The notes under the pieces are model-generated. The model saw only the letters and a program-made list of their open reading frames with translations. It did no database searches and was not told where the DNA came from. A stretch of 34,495 nucleotides of DNA from Chlamydiia bacterium (GTDB lineage: Bacteria; Chlamydiota; Chlamydiia; Chlamydiales; FEN-1388): contig CAINFV010000102.1 of NCBI GenBank assembly GCA_903848235.1, forward strand, positions 1 to 34,495, read 5' to 3'. A program made the position numbers and the translations under genes. Position 1 is the stretch's first letter, and the number at the start of each line of letters is the position of its first letter. Positions 9,387 through 18,009 of this stretch are shown in pieces.

Positions 9387-10241
9387 ATGAGTTCATCGAT
9401 AGTTACTCCAGCTCTTGTAAAAGAGCTTCGTGAGAGGACTGGCGTTGGCATGGGCAAATGCAAAGAGGCCTTGGATCAATCCAGTGGGAATATGGAAGAA
9501 GCGATCGCTTTTCTTCGTAAGGCGGGTATGATGTCTGCTGCAAAGAAAGAAGGGCGGACGACAAAAGAAGGCACCGTCATTGCGTTTCAGACAAATGACG
9601 TGGTGGCAGTAGCAGAGGTAGATGCTGAGACAGATTTTGTTGTAAAAAACGATCGGTTCCAAGAGTTTTGCAACAACATCGTTCAGGAAGTAGCCCTCAA
9701 GCGCCCAGCCTCATTGGAAGCGTTTTTGCAACAGCCCTATTCCAAAGATCCTCTCATTACGATCGATCAATATCGATCGCTGTTGATCCAAACTATTGGC
9801 GAGAACATTCAGATTCGCCGTATCGAAGTATTTCCTAAGAACAACGGCCAGTCTGTCGGTGTCTACTCTCACCTCGGGGGGAAGATTCTCTCCGTTGTTG
9901 TTCTCGAAGGAGCTGGTGAGGAACAGCTTGCCAAAGAAGTGGCTATGCATGTGGCTGCTGCCTTTCCGCAGTATCTGTCCCCTGAGGAGATCCCCCAAGA
10001 AGTGATCCAGATGGAGAAAGATATTGCTGCAGAGCAAGTTAAGGGTAAGCCGGCGAATATCATTGAAAAAATCCTCCAAGGAAAGCTGAACGCTTTTTAT
10101 GATCAATGCTGCCTGACACAGCAGAAATATATCAGAGATGACTCTGTCTCTGTTGGCGAATATGTGAAAAAGCAAGGATCCTCCCATGGCAAAGACGTGC
10201 GGATTCTTCGTTTCCTTCGCTGGATGGCTGGCAAAGAATAA
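9387..10241 (+). CDS. tsf: Elongation factor Ts
   Basis: VKELRERTGVGMGKCKEAL, ETDFV, IGENI, AMHVAA. Confidence 0.98.
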   Translation: MSSSIVTPALVKELRERTGVGMGKCKEALDQSSGNMEEAIAFLRKAGMMSAAKKEGRTTKEGTVIAFQTNDVVAVAEVDAETDFVVKNDRFQEFCNNIVQEVALKRPASLEAFLQQPYSKDPLITIDQYRSLLIQTIGENIQIRRIEVFPKNNGQSVGVYSHLGGKILSVVVLEGAGEEQLAKEVAMHVAAAFPQYLSPEEIPQEVIQMEKDIAAEQVKGKPANIIEKILQGKLNAFYDQCCLTQQKYIRDDSVSVGEYVKKQGSSHGKDVRILRFLRWMAGKE

Positions 10242-10254
10242 GTAGCTCATATTG

Positions 10255-10282
10255 CCTAGGGAGAGATCAACCTCTCCCTAGG
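10255..10282. terminator. Perfect 11-bp hairpin between tsf and pyrH (terminator or stability element)
   Basis: CCTAGGGAGAG-atcaac-CTCTCCCTAGG. No clear U-tract. Confidence 0.5.
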
Positions 10283-10379
10283 AACCTCTTCCCTTCAGTT
10301 CCATCAAATTAGCAAAGACGCTATTCTCCAGTTCTAACTAGACCTATCATGAGAAACGTTTATACAACGTGGTTTTTTT

Positions 10380-11111
10380 ATGGCTTTGCCCCTCTCGCAT
10401 CAACGGATATTGCTTAAATTCTCGGGGGAGCTTCTCAGAGATTCTCCAGAGGAGACGTTCTCTCCTGCTGCCTGCAAACGGCTGACAGAAGCACTTCGTG
10501 GGCTGCTAGATGAGGGCGTTGAATTCGGCGTTGTCATCGGCGCTGGCAACCTCTTTCGTGGCGTTGAGAGTAGAGCACTTGGCTTTGATCAGGTTATCGG
10601 CGATCAGATTGGCATGCTTGGCACGATTATGAATGCCCTTGCTGTCCGCGAGGCATTATCACGGGAAGGGATTGTATCTCATGTCATGGCCCCATACCCT
10701 TCTTCGCCCTCTGTTCTTCCCATAGACCCCGTTCTTGCGCGGCAGCTGATTGCGAAGAAAGAGCCTGTTCTATTTGCAGGAGGCACCGGGAACCCCTTTT
10801 TTACGACTGATTCTGCAGCTACGCTGCGTGCCTTGGAGATTGGGGCATCCTTACTGGTAAAAGCAACAAAAGTGCGAGGGGTGTATTCCAAAGACCCTGT
10901 AAAATATCCTGACGCACGACGCTACACCACCATAACCTTCGAAGAAGCTCTGAAAGAGCGGTTGGAGATCATGGATCACACCGCAGTAGCCCTGGCGATG
11001 CAATATGGGCTATCGATTTTTGTGTATAAGTTTGGAGAGCCGCTATCGATTCTTGAGGCCTTGCGCTCAGAAGATGCAGGGACGTATATTCAGGGAAGCT
11101 GCTCAAAGTGA
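10380..11111 (+). CDS. pyrH: Uridylate kinase
   Basis: LLKFSGE, GAGNLFRG, GGTGNPFFTTD, GVYSKDP. Lies between tsf and frr. Confidence 0.95.
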   Translation: MALPLSHQRILLKFSGELLRDSPEETFSPAACKRLTEALRGLLDEGVEFGVVIGAGNLFRGVESRALGFDQVIGDQIGMLGTIMNALAVREALSREGIVSHVMAPYPSSPSVLPIDPVLARQLIAKKEPVLFAGGTGNPFFTTDSAATLRALEIGASLLVKATKVRGVYSKDPVKYPDARRYTTITFEEALKERLEIMDHTAVALAMQYGLSIFVYKFGEPLSILEALRSEDAGTYIQGSCSK

Positions 11112-11143
11112 TCAAAAGTGAACGTAACGATTGAGGTCATCAG

Positions 11144-11701
11144 ATGGAAGAAAAAGTATTTGTAGATCAGACAAAACATAGCATGGTAGGGGCCATTGAG
11201 CACCTCCGGCAAGAGCTTCGCGGGCTGCGAGCAGGAAGGGCGAGCAGCACCATCGTCGAAGGGATTTCTGTGGAAGTCTATGGCTCGCAGATGCATGTCA
11301 AAGAGCTGGCGACAATTACCACGCCAGAGCCCCGTCAGCTGTTGATTACCCCCTTTGATGTGACTAATGCAGGGCTTATCTCAAAGGCTATTGAAAAGGC
11401 AAATCTTGGCGTTCGCGTATCTGTGGAAGGCAAAGTCGTCAGAATCTCTTTTCCAGAACTCGATGAGTCCCGACGTAAGGAGCTTGTCATTCAAGTTCAT
11501 AAAAAACGGGAAGACTGCAAAGTTGTTGTCCGAAATATCCGTCGCGATGCCAACGAAAAATTAAAAGAAATGAAGTCGGGTGGGGTGTCGGAAGATGATG
11601 TAAAACGCATCGAGAAGCATGTCCAGGACATGACAAACCTTCACTGCAAAGAAGCCGATGAAGTGGCAGCGGCGAAAGAAAAAGAGATTATGACTGTGTA
11701 G
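11144..11701 (+). CDS. frr: Ribosome recycling factor
   Basis: LRAGRAS, PELDESRRKELV, RNIRRDAN, KEKEIM. Confidence 0.97.
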   Translation: MEEKVFVDQTKHSMVGAIEHLRQELRGLRAGRASSTIVEGISVEVYGSQMHVKELATITTPEPRQLLITPFDVTNAGLISKAIEKANLGVRVSVEGKVVRISFPELDESRRKELVIQVHKKREDCKVVVRNIRRDANEKLKEMKSGGVSEDDVKRIEKHVQDMTNLHCKEADEVAAAKEKEIMTV

Positions 11702-11711
11702 GTGATTGCAG

Positions 11712-11747
11712 AAAAGGGACTTTAGAATCTATAGTAGAGTCCCTTTT
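11712..11747 (+). terminator. Inverted repeat after frr overlapping a probable tRNA promoter
   Basis: AAAAGGGACT-N16-AGTCCCTTTT. TTGCAG(11706)-N18-TATAGT(11730) overlaps it. Confidence 0.5.
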
Positions 11748-11750
11748 GAT

Positions 11751-11825
11751 GGCCCCATCGTCTAGCCCGGTCTAGGACACCAGATTTTCATTCTGATAAC
11801 GGGGGTTCGAATCCCCCTGGGGTCA
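11751..11825 (+). tRNA. tRNA-Glu(TTC)
   Basis: GGCCCCA/TGGGGTC acceptor, loop TTTTCAT, T arm GGGGG-TTCGAAT-CCCCC. Confidence 0.95.
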
Positions 11826-11898
11826 AGGTCCATGAAGAAGGAAACTACTACGAAGGCAGACCGGAACTGAAGGTCTCATCATGGATAGTGCTGCTTTA

Positions 11899-11971
11899 GG
11901 GTCTTTAGCTCAGCGGTTAGAGCACCTCACTTTTAATGAGGGGGTCGATGGTTCGAATCCATCAAGACTCA
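11899..11971 (+). tRNA. tRNA-Lys(TTT)
   Basis: CCTCA-CTTTTAA-TGAGG anticodon arm, full cloverleaf. Confidence 0.96.
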
Positions 11972-11994
11972 ACCTTCTGTTGGAGAAGGTTTTT
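11971..11994 (+). terminator. Intrinsic terminator-like hairpin after tRNA-Lys(TTT)
   Basis: AACCTTCT-gttgg-AGAAGGTT followed by TTT. Confidence 0.55.
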
Positions 11995-12045
11995 CGATGA
12001 GGAATATACAGCCCGTCGCTCCTCATCGTGCGATATGTATTTTAC

Positions 12046-12119
12046 GGGTCTTTAGCTCAGCTGGCTAGAGCACCTCACTCTTAATGAGGGCGTCGATGGT
12101 TCGAATCCATCAAGACCCA
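12046..12119 (+). tRNA. tRNA-Lys(CTT)
   Basis: CCTCA-CTCTTAA-TGAGG anticodon arm, GGGTCTT/AAGACCC acceptor, T-rich tract downstream. Confidence 0.95.
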
Positions 12120-12201
12120 GTTTTTTTTCTCTTCTTTTCGTGACTTTCTCTTTCAGCGCTCTTATCATTTACCTCATCTTTACTTCTGTGAGTTTTAATA
12201 T

Positions 12202-13980
12202 ATGCGCTCATTTCGGAAGAAGGTCTTCCTCAGCTATGTCATCTTGTTGTTAGTCTTCTTAGGGTTGATGTTCCCTTCGGTGACGAATTCTGTCCAGCAG
12301 ATCGTCTTCAGGTCTATGAACGATTGTGCTGATGAGCTGATCCACGAGCTGGTGATAGCGAAGAATGATGAGGAGCTCGTCCAGGTATTAAAAGACCATA
12401 AAAGCCAGCTTTTCTATCGGGTGGGCATTCTTGATAACGAGCGCCGGTTGCTCTATGACTCCCATACAAAACGGTTGCTTGGCACCCCTTTCTTCCCATT
12501 GCAGTTTGTCACCCATCCAGAGATTGAAGAAGCGCTGCAAAGTGGAACTGGTTATTCAGAAGAGTATTCTCATCTGTTAGGACAAAAGCTTGTCTATGTG
12601 GCCAAGAGATTTGATTTTCATGGGCAGCCGTATGTCATCCGCCTGGCCTTTCCCTTTCAGTACATCCAGGATTTGCGAGATGGCTTTACCATAGGATTTT
12701 TGTTTTTCGGATCTCTCGTGCTGATTCTCTTTTCAGCCTTAGCCTCGATTGTCTTAAACCATTTTTCCAGTCCAATTCGTGCGATTACTGGGGCCATCAG
12801 AGATTACAAAGAGGGAAACCTCGACACCCTCCCGAACATCAGTCTCAAGACTTCTCCTCATGATGAATTTACCCATCTTGCAAAGACCTTGAACTCCTTG
12901 TCGCAGCGTGTGCGCCTCGAAATCGAGTCTGTGACACGAGAGAGAAATGAAAAAGAGGCGATCTTGGAGTCCCTCTCTGAGGGGGTGATCGCCGTTGATA
13001 ATCAGTTTCTTGTCTCCTATGCCAATAAGACAGCATTGACGTTCTTAGAGCTTGACCATCATGTCATTGGGAAGCCCTTGCCAGATGAGCTGAACCCTAA
13101 ATACCAACGGCTGTTAGAGCAGTGCTGCCAGCGGAAAACCTTGATCGTCGATGAGATGGAGATTAGAAGGGCTAATGACCGATTGTATCTAAACGTCGTT
13201 GCAACGCCTCGCGAGTATGGCGGTGGAGCTCTGCTTGTCCTTCATGATAAATCCATCTACCACAGGATGTTGGAGATGAGAAAGGCGTTTATCGCCAACG
13301 CCTCCCATGAATTAAAGACCCCTATCACTGTGATCCGTGGCTTTGCAGAGACGTTTCATGATAATACCGATCTTCCAAAGGAGACAATCCAAGAAGTCAC
13401 GCATCGTATCGTTGATAATTGTCGACGCATGACTTCTATCATCAAGAATCTCCTTACGTTAGCAGATATTGAAAACCTGCCCTCCTTTCGTGTGTTATCT
13501 CACAACGTCATCGAGATCATTCACGGATGTGTAACAACGATACAGTCGATTTGGACAGAGGCTGAAATTACGGTTATCTACGATCGTCAGGAGATGTTTG
13601 ACGTAGAGGTTGATGACTCTTTAATTGAAATGGCTATCACGAACCTGCTCGATAATGCTGTGAAATATTCTGAAGGGAAGCCTTGCATCGAGGTGATAGT
13701 TTCGAAAAACGAATCGTGGGTTATGGTTGAAGTCAAAGACCATGGCATAGGCATTCCAGAATGCGACCTAGAGAATATCTTTCAACGTTTTTACCGAGTC
13801 AATAAGGTTCATTCCACAAGGCTTGGCGGGTCTGGCCTGGGGCTTTCTATTGTAGAGACGATTATCAATAAGCACCTGGGAAAAATTGAAGTACGCTCTT
13901 CGCTTGGCCATGGGACGACATTTACCATCTTCTTGCCTATAAAGCTTGCAGATCGGCTCAGAGCTCTTGAAATATCATAA
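12202..13980 (+). CDS. Membrane sensor histidine kinase, PhoR-like (2 TM, HAMP, PAS, HisKA, HATPase)
   Basis: H-box ANASHELKTP, N-box NLLDNAVKYS, G1 DHGIGI, F-box IFQRFYRV, G2 GGSGLGLSI. Confidence 0.92.
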   Translation: MRSFRKKVFLSYVILLLVFLGLMFPSVTNSVQQIVFRSMNDCADELIHELVIAKNDEELVQVLKDHKSQLFYRVGILDNERRLLYDSHTKRLLGTPFFPLQFVTHPEIEEALQSGTGYSEEYSHLLGQKLVYVAKRFDFHGQPYVIRLAFPFQYIQDLRDGFTIGFLFFGSLVLILFSALASIVLNHFSSPIRAITGAIRDYKEGNLDTLPNISLKTSPHDEFTHLAKTLNSLSQRVRLEIESVTRERNEKEAILESLSEGVIAVDNQFLVSYANKTALTFLELDHHVIGKPLPDELNPKYQRLLEQCCQRKTLIVDEMEIRRANDRLYLNVVATPREYGGGALLVLHDKSIYHRMLEMRKAFIANASHELKTPITVIRGFAETFHDNTDLPKETIQEVTHRIVDNCRRMTSIIKNLLTLADIENLPSFRVLSHNVIEIIHGCVTTIQSIWTEAEITVIYDRQEMFDVEVDDSLIEMAITNLLDNAVKYSEGKPCIEVIVSKNESWVMVEVKDHGIGIPECDLENIFQRFYRVNKVHSTRLGGSGLGLSIVETIINKHLGKIEVRSSLGHGTTFTIFLPIKLADRLRALEIS

Positions 13981-14019
13981 TATCTAAACTTGGGCCAGGA
14001 GTCGAGTGCTTGGTGGGAT

Positions 14020-14301
14020 CTATTCTCTGCGAGTCTGACGTATTTGAATGAAGAAATCTTCTTCTTGGGCTGGTGCAGCAGCAGCTGGTGGAAGCAAGAA
14101 TTGGGCTATGAGGGCTATCTGCATCGCTGGAAAGAGGACGGGTTGTATCACCGCGTTTAGCTGAGGGGCTGCTGCAGGAGCTGCCTGACCTTCCATTTGG
14201 TAGTCATCTAATTGAAGATCTTCCATATCATTCAAAGGATTGGGGAGGGGGGCTAAGTGAGGTGCTGGATGAAAAAACGGCAATCCTATCGATTCTATCA
14301 T
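14020..14301 (-). CDS. Small Pro/Ala/Gln-rich hypothetical protein
   Basis: AAGGA RBS and a TATAAT in the AT-rich upstream region. Low complexity. Confidence 0.6.
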   Translation of the reverse strand: MIESIGLPFFHPAPHLAPLPNPLNDMEDLQLDDYQMEGQAAPAAAPQLNAVIQPVLFPAMQIALIAQFLLPPAAAAPAQEEDFFIQIRQTRRE

Positions 14302-14465
14302 AAATTTCCTTCATTTTTATTATATTATTATAGAAATAATGTATATTATTTAAGATTCTTTACATTAAATGCGAGGCTTATTATTAACTTTATATTGCGC
14401 GCGTCTTGTCGTGGGCTCTAGCGTTTTTTGAGCTCTCATTTTTGAGAAACTACTGAGAACTGAGG

Positions 14466-14942
14466 CTATTTTAGTTTGTAGAAATATTTCTGTGGATCAG
14501 AAGTGAGTGGAGACGGGGTTCTCATCATATGGGGAGAGGCGCTTCTACTTCTTCGGGCCATAGCACTAAAGCAGTCCCTGGTATGCTTTTCTAAAACTAA
14601 CTCCGCAGGAGATTTTTTACCTAAAGGACTGACGTGCGGCGAAACCTGAGGTTGGATCAGTTCGTCGATGATCGGCAGAGCTCTTGGGGAATATCTCTGA
14701 GGCGGGGTCTCGGCTCTAGTCCCTGGAGGCGGGGTTTCGCCTAGGAGCGCAAAAGCTGCACTTGCTACAGCAACAACATTCTCTGGAATTGGGTGTAGCT
14801 GGGAGATCTCTCCGCTCTGTTGCACTGACGCTCGATGTTCGTCGAGCTGAGGATTATGAGCTGTTCTTGGGACGGCATTTTCCCAGCTGACAGGGATAAA
14901 TACCGTTCGAAGTGCTTCTGGATGATCCATTTTTTCAATCAA
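14466..14942 (-). CDS. Pro/Ser-rich, probably disordered hypothetical protein
   Basis: 158-aa ORF with many S/T-P sites. Start could be the ATG at 14930. Confidence 0.6.
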   Translation of the reverse strand: MIEKMDHPEALRTVFIPVSWENAVPRTAHNPQLDEHRASVQQSGEISQLHPIPENVVAVASAAFALLGETPPPGTRAETPPQRYSPRALPIIDELIQPQVSPHVSPLGKKSPAELVLEKHTRDCFSAMARRSRSASPHMMRTPSPLTSDPQKYFYKLK

Positions 14943-15086
14943 CCTTATTTTTTTCTAACAAGAGCGGGCGAATCGTTCGATCTCGTCTGGACAGAGGGTT
15001 TTTTAAATTTGACTATTTTAGTCACATCTATAGTTACACAAAGAGACAAGGTCCAGTGGTGTCACCTGGACTTGATCTTGTCACAT

Positions 15087-15770
15087 TTAATTTTCATCTG
15101 CAACTATTTCGGAAATTTTGAGCGGAGACAGGGGTTTCATTGGAGGTATACGACGGCGTCCATATGTCCTGATGCTCGCGAAATTTGCCAGTTCCTTTTG
15201 GCTGAGTTTTCCCATAATAGCCTGGGCGGCTACCTTCGGAATGGCATGAGAATAGCTCGGCGCAGGGGTAATGGCCCGAATCTGTCTTGGATCTCGCGTG
15301 GGGAGAGAAAAAGCTATGGGCAGAACGGGAGGTGTACTGTCCGTTTGCCAAAGACCGATGGGTGGCGGCGATTGAGCCAATAAAGAGCTTCCTTCGTCAA
15401 AGAAAGTGTATGTTGATGATGGGCGGTGAAAAAATACTGAGACGCCTTCCTCACCGACGCCCTCTTCCTCCGTGTAGGGGGGGGCAGAAAAAGAACCGTC
15501 GATGCGGAAAAAAGAAGGAGCTGGATAGCTTTCTGGGCCCATTTGATCGTCATCGTCGACAGAAGCAGTGGCCAATACCATCCTTTGCGCTTGAGGATGA
15601 CAAACTTCGGTGCTTCCAGATAGTTGTTCTTGGGCTATTCGTCTCGTCTTATCAGAGAGGTCTTCTTCGGGAGTCGAGTCTTGAGGTGTTGAGACTATGC
15701 TTCTGGGTGCTTCAAATTCATATGGGAAACCAGGCGCTTCAGATTGAATTCTAAAATGAGAATAGCTCAC
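15087..15770 (-). CDS. Pro/Ser/acidic, probably disordered hypothetical protein
   Basis: 227-aa ORF with GTG start and AGGA upstream, same strand as its neighbours. Confidence 0.6.
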   Translation of the reverse strand: MSYSHFRIQSEAPGFPYEFEAPRSIVSTPQDSTPEEDLSDKTRRIAQEQLSGSTEVCHPQAQRMVLATASVDDDDQMGPESYPAPSFFRIDGSFSAPPYTEEEGVGEEGVSVFFHRPSSTYTFFDEGSSLLAQSPPPIGLWQTDSTPPVLPIAFSLPTRDPRQIRAITPAPSYSHAIPKVAAQAIMGKLSQKELANFASIRTYGRRRIPPMKPLSPLKISEIVADEN

Positions 15771-15977
15771 AAATATTCCTAGAGTTCTATGCGTATTTAA
15801 TTTGATTTATGTTTGAGGAGTTTTGGATGGTTGGCGTATAGTACTGAATCTAGACTTTTATTTCTACCTGAAAAACAATGTCTTTATGTCTTTTCGTCTC
15901 TATGATTTTTTTTCTGAGTCTGATACATAGAAGAGGGATGAGAATATTCGGATCGAGTTAAAACGTTTGGAGTCTTC

Positions 15978-16721
15978 ATGATAAGCGTCACTATCCTGAC
16001 TAAAAATAGTGAAAGGTATCTTTCTCAGGTGTTGCGTGCCCTGCATCCTTTTCCTGAAGTAGTAATCGTTGATACAGGGTCTACCGATCACACCCTCGAG
16101 ATTGCGAGGACATTTCCTAACGTCACAATCCATCAGCGATCGTTTGAAGGGTTTGGCCCGACACATAATGTTGCCTCAGCGCTTGCAACATATGACTGGA
16201 TTCTTTCGATTGATAGCGATGAAGTGATGACCGATTCTCTTCAGCAGGAGATTCTGGCGCTTCCCCTAGACCCCCACTGCGCGTACTCTCTGTGGCGAAA
16301 AAACTATTACCGTGGGCGGCATATCAGAGGCTGCGGGTGGTATCCAGATCGCGTCGTGCGCCTGTACCACCGTTCTGCTACCCGCTTTTGTAATGCCATG
16401 GTGCATGAGTCCGTCATCACGACAGGGCTGAAAGTCACCCCTCTCTCTTTCCCTGTGATTCACTATCCCTACCACTCGGTATCGTCGTTTTTGCGAAAGA
16501 TGGATACCTATACCGATCTGTATGCCGACCAAAAAGCTGGGAAGAAGGTGTCGCTGTTCACTGCTGTGGGCCATGCAAGCTACGCCTTTTTGAAGTCATA
16601 TCTTCTACAACGAGGGTTTCTCCTTGGTGCTGAAGGCTTTGAGATCGCTTGGTTCAATATGAACTGCGCATTTTACAAGTATGCTAAGCTCGCAGAGCGT
16701 TGCAGGGCAGAAAAGTCGTAA
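15978..16721 (+). CDS. GT2 glycosyltransferase (WaaE/KdtX-like beta-1,4-glucosyltransferase)
   Basis: ISVTILTKNSE, VDTGSTD.T, WILSIDSDE, GWYPD..RLY, VHES. Confidence 0.88.
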   Translation: MISVTILTKNSERYLSQVLRALHPFPEVVIVDTGSTDHTLEIARTFPNVTIHQRSFEGFGPTHNVASALATYDWILSIDSDEVMTDSLQQEILALPLDPHCAYSLWRKNYYRGRHIRGCGWYPDRVVRLYHRSATRFCNAMVHESVITTGLKVTPLSFPVIHYPYHSVSSFLRKMDTYTDLYADQKAGKKVSLFTAVGHASYAFLKSYLLQRGFLLGAEGFEIAWFNMNCAFYKYAKLAERCRAEKS

Positions 16722-17748
16722 GCCATGCTTCTAGGACCCGCTTATGGCCTGAAGAAAACGGTAAATCTCTCAACATCTCTATAGGTATCCACTTGCCATC
16801 GGGCCAAGCAAAGGGCTCTTCAACCCCGATGATTGTTGGGTATAAGGTGGCATGAAAGCGTGTGAAAGAATGAGAGGTTTCACAGAGAGAGGCGATGAAC
16901 GATAGCTGTGAAGGGATACGGGGTTGAAGAGCATTAATAAGAGTAGAAGCGGCGCTTCCCTGAGGAGTGGTGTCAAAGTAAGGAAATTCATACAGCCCAG
17001 ACATCACCTGCTTGCCTGATCGTCGTGTGACGAGAGCGGTGCCTTGTGAGAGAAAAATCGCAACATCGCGCCACAGAGAGGTCTTCGGAATAACGTTCTT
17101 TGCATAACGGATTTCTTGTGTCTTCGAAGCGAGAGCACGGCACTGATCGGCCAGGGGGCATGAAGAACACAAGGGTGTTGTCTTGCAGACAAGAGCGCCA
17201 AGTTCTATCAGAGCTTCCATCGTAGTCCAGGGCTGCTCTTGAGGGAGCAGCTGTTCTACGATGCTGGCAGCTGCCTCACGTGTCATAGGATGTATGAGAC
17301 GAGTGATGACACGGCTGACATTAGCATCGACAGCAGCAGCACGTTCGTGGAAGGCAAACGCACGAATGGCGCCTGCAGTATAGGGGCCAATTCCCGGTAG
17401 TGCAATGAGTGCTTTTTGATCGTTGGGGATCCGCCCTTCGTGGTGTGCAACGATGATCTGGGCTATTCTATGAAGTGCGCGCGCTCTGCTGTAATATCCA
17501 AGGCCTTCCCATGCCTTGATAACAGTGTCTTCTGATGCCGCTGCAAGGCAGTGGGGGTTTGGGAATAGATCCATCCATCGGCAAAAAAAGGGAATGACAC
17601 GTGCGGCTTGTGTTTGCTGGAGCATGATCTCGGAGACTAACACGCGGTAGGCAGTAGGCTCTTCTCGCCAGGGGAGGGGGCGACGCGTTGCTGCAAACCA
17701 CGAGAAGAGTGCCGAGAGCGACACTCCCCCGTCTAAAGACTGTTCCAT
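16684..17748 (-). CDS. mutY: A/G-specific adenine glycosylase
   Basis: LPWR, VSEIMLQQT, GLGYYSRAR, LPGIGPYTA, four-Cys Fe-S motif and C-terminal Nudix-like domain. Confidence 0.96.
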   Translation of the reverse strand: MEQSLDGGVSLSALFSWFAATRRPLPWREEPTAYRVLVSEIMLQQTQAARVIPFFCRWMDLFPNPHCLAAASEDTVIKAWEGLGYYSRARALHRIAQIIVAHHEGRIPNDQKALIALPGIGPYTAGAIRAFAFHERAAAVDANVSRVITRLIHPMTREAAASIVEQLLPQEQPWTTMEALIELGALVCKTTPLCSSCPLADQCRALASKTQEIRYAKNVIPKTSLWRDVAIFLSQGTALVTRRSGKQVMSGLYEFPYFDTTPQGSAASTLINALQPRIPSQLSFIASLCETSHSFTRFHATLYPTIIGVEEPFAWPDGKWIPIEMLRDLPFSSGHKRVLEAWLTTFLPCNALRA

Positions 17749-17791
17749 AGGTTCTTCCTTTTCCGGTTGGAAACAAGAAGTCTATGGAACA
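17741..17791 (-). promoter_or_regulatory. Hairpin occluding the mutY RBS and start codon
   Basis: mRNA reads UGUUCCAUAG-AC-UUCUU-G-UUUCC-AACC-GGAAA-AGG-AAGAA-C-CUAUGGAACA, giving 10+5+5 bp of stem. Confidence 0.55.
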
Positions 17792-17848
17792 AGCGCTATT
17801 GTTGGTAACTACGGTAATGGCACTTTCTTACTTTTTCTCAGCTCTCTT

Positions 17849-18009
17849 AGGGACTGTCCAAAAATAAGTTGGACAACTACGCTGGCTGCAACCATTGATC
17901 TGTTGACGATCGTTCCTCGCCCATAGCACGCTATGAGCGTCGTCTCGATAGTCAACATCTCAACGGTCTCGCTCAGCCTACTTGTCCAACTTATTCTTGG
18001 ATAGTCCCT
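17849..18009. repeat. 161-bp long palindromic element (MITE/RPE-like)
   Basis: Terminal 28-bp arms match at 26/28 as inverted repeats. Pairing continues inward to CATAGC-ac-GCTATG. Confidence 0.75.

Noticed and set aside
11715..11744. AGGGACT...AGTCCCT ends shared with the 17849-18009 element
   Set aside because: Only 7 bp match; adequately explained as a terminator-like hairpin.
14835..15754. Plus-strand ORFs 14835-15383 and 15287-15754
   Set aside because: Antisense to more plausible minus-strand genes, with unnatural composition.
17855..17876. Resemblance of CCAAAAATAAGTTGGACA to the IS3 end CCAAAAATTAGACA
   Set aside because: Needs gaps and the terminal bases differ; not enough to link the palindromic element to that IS.
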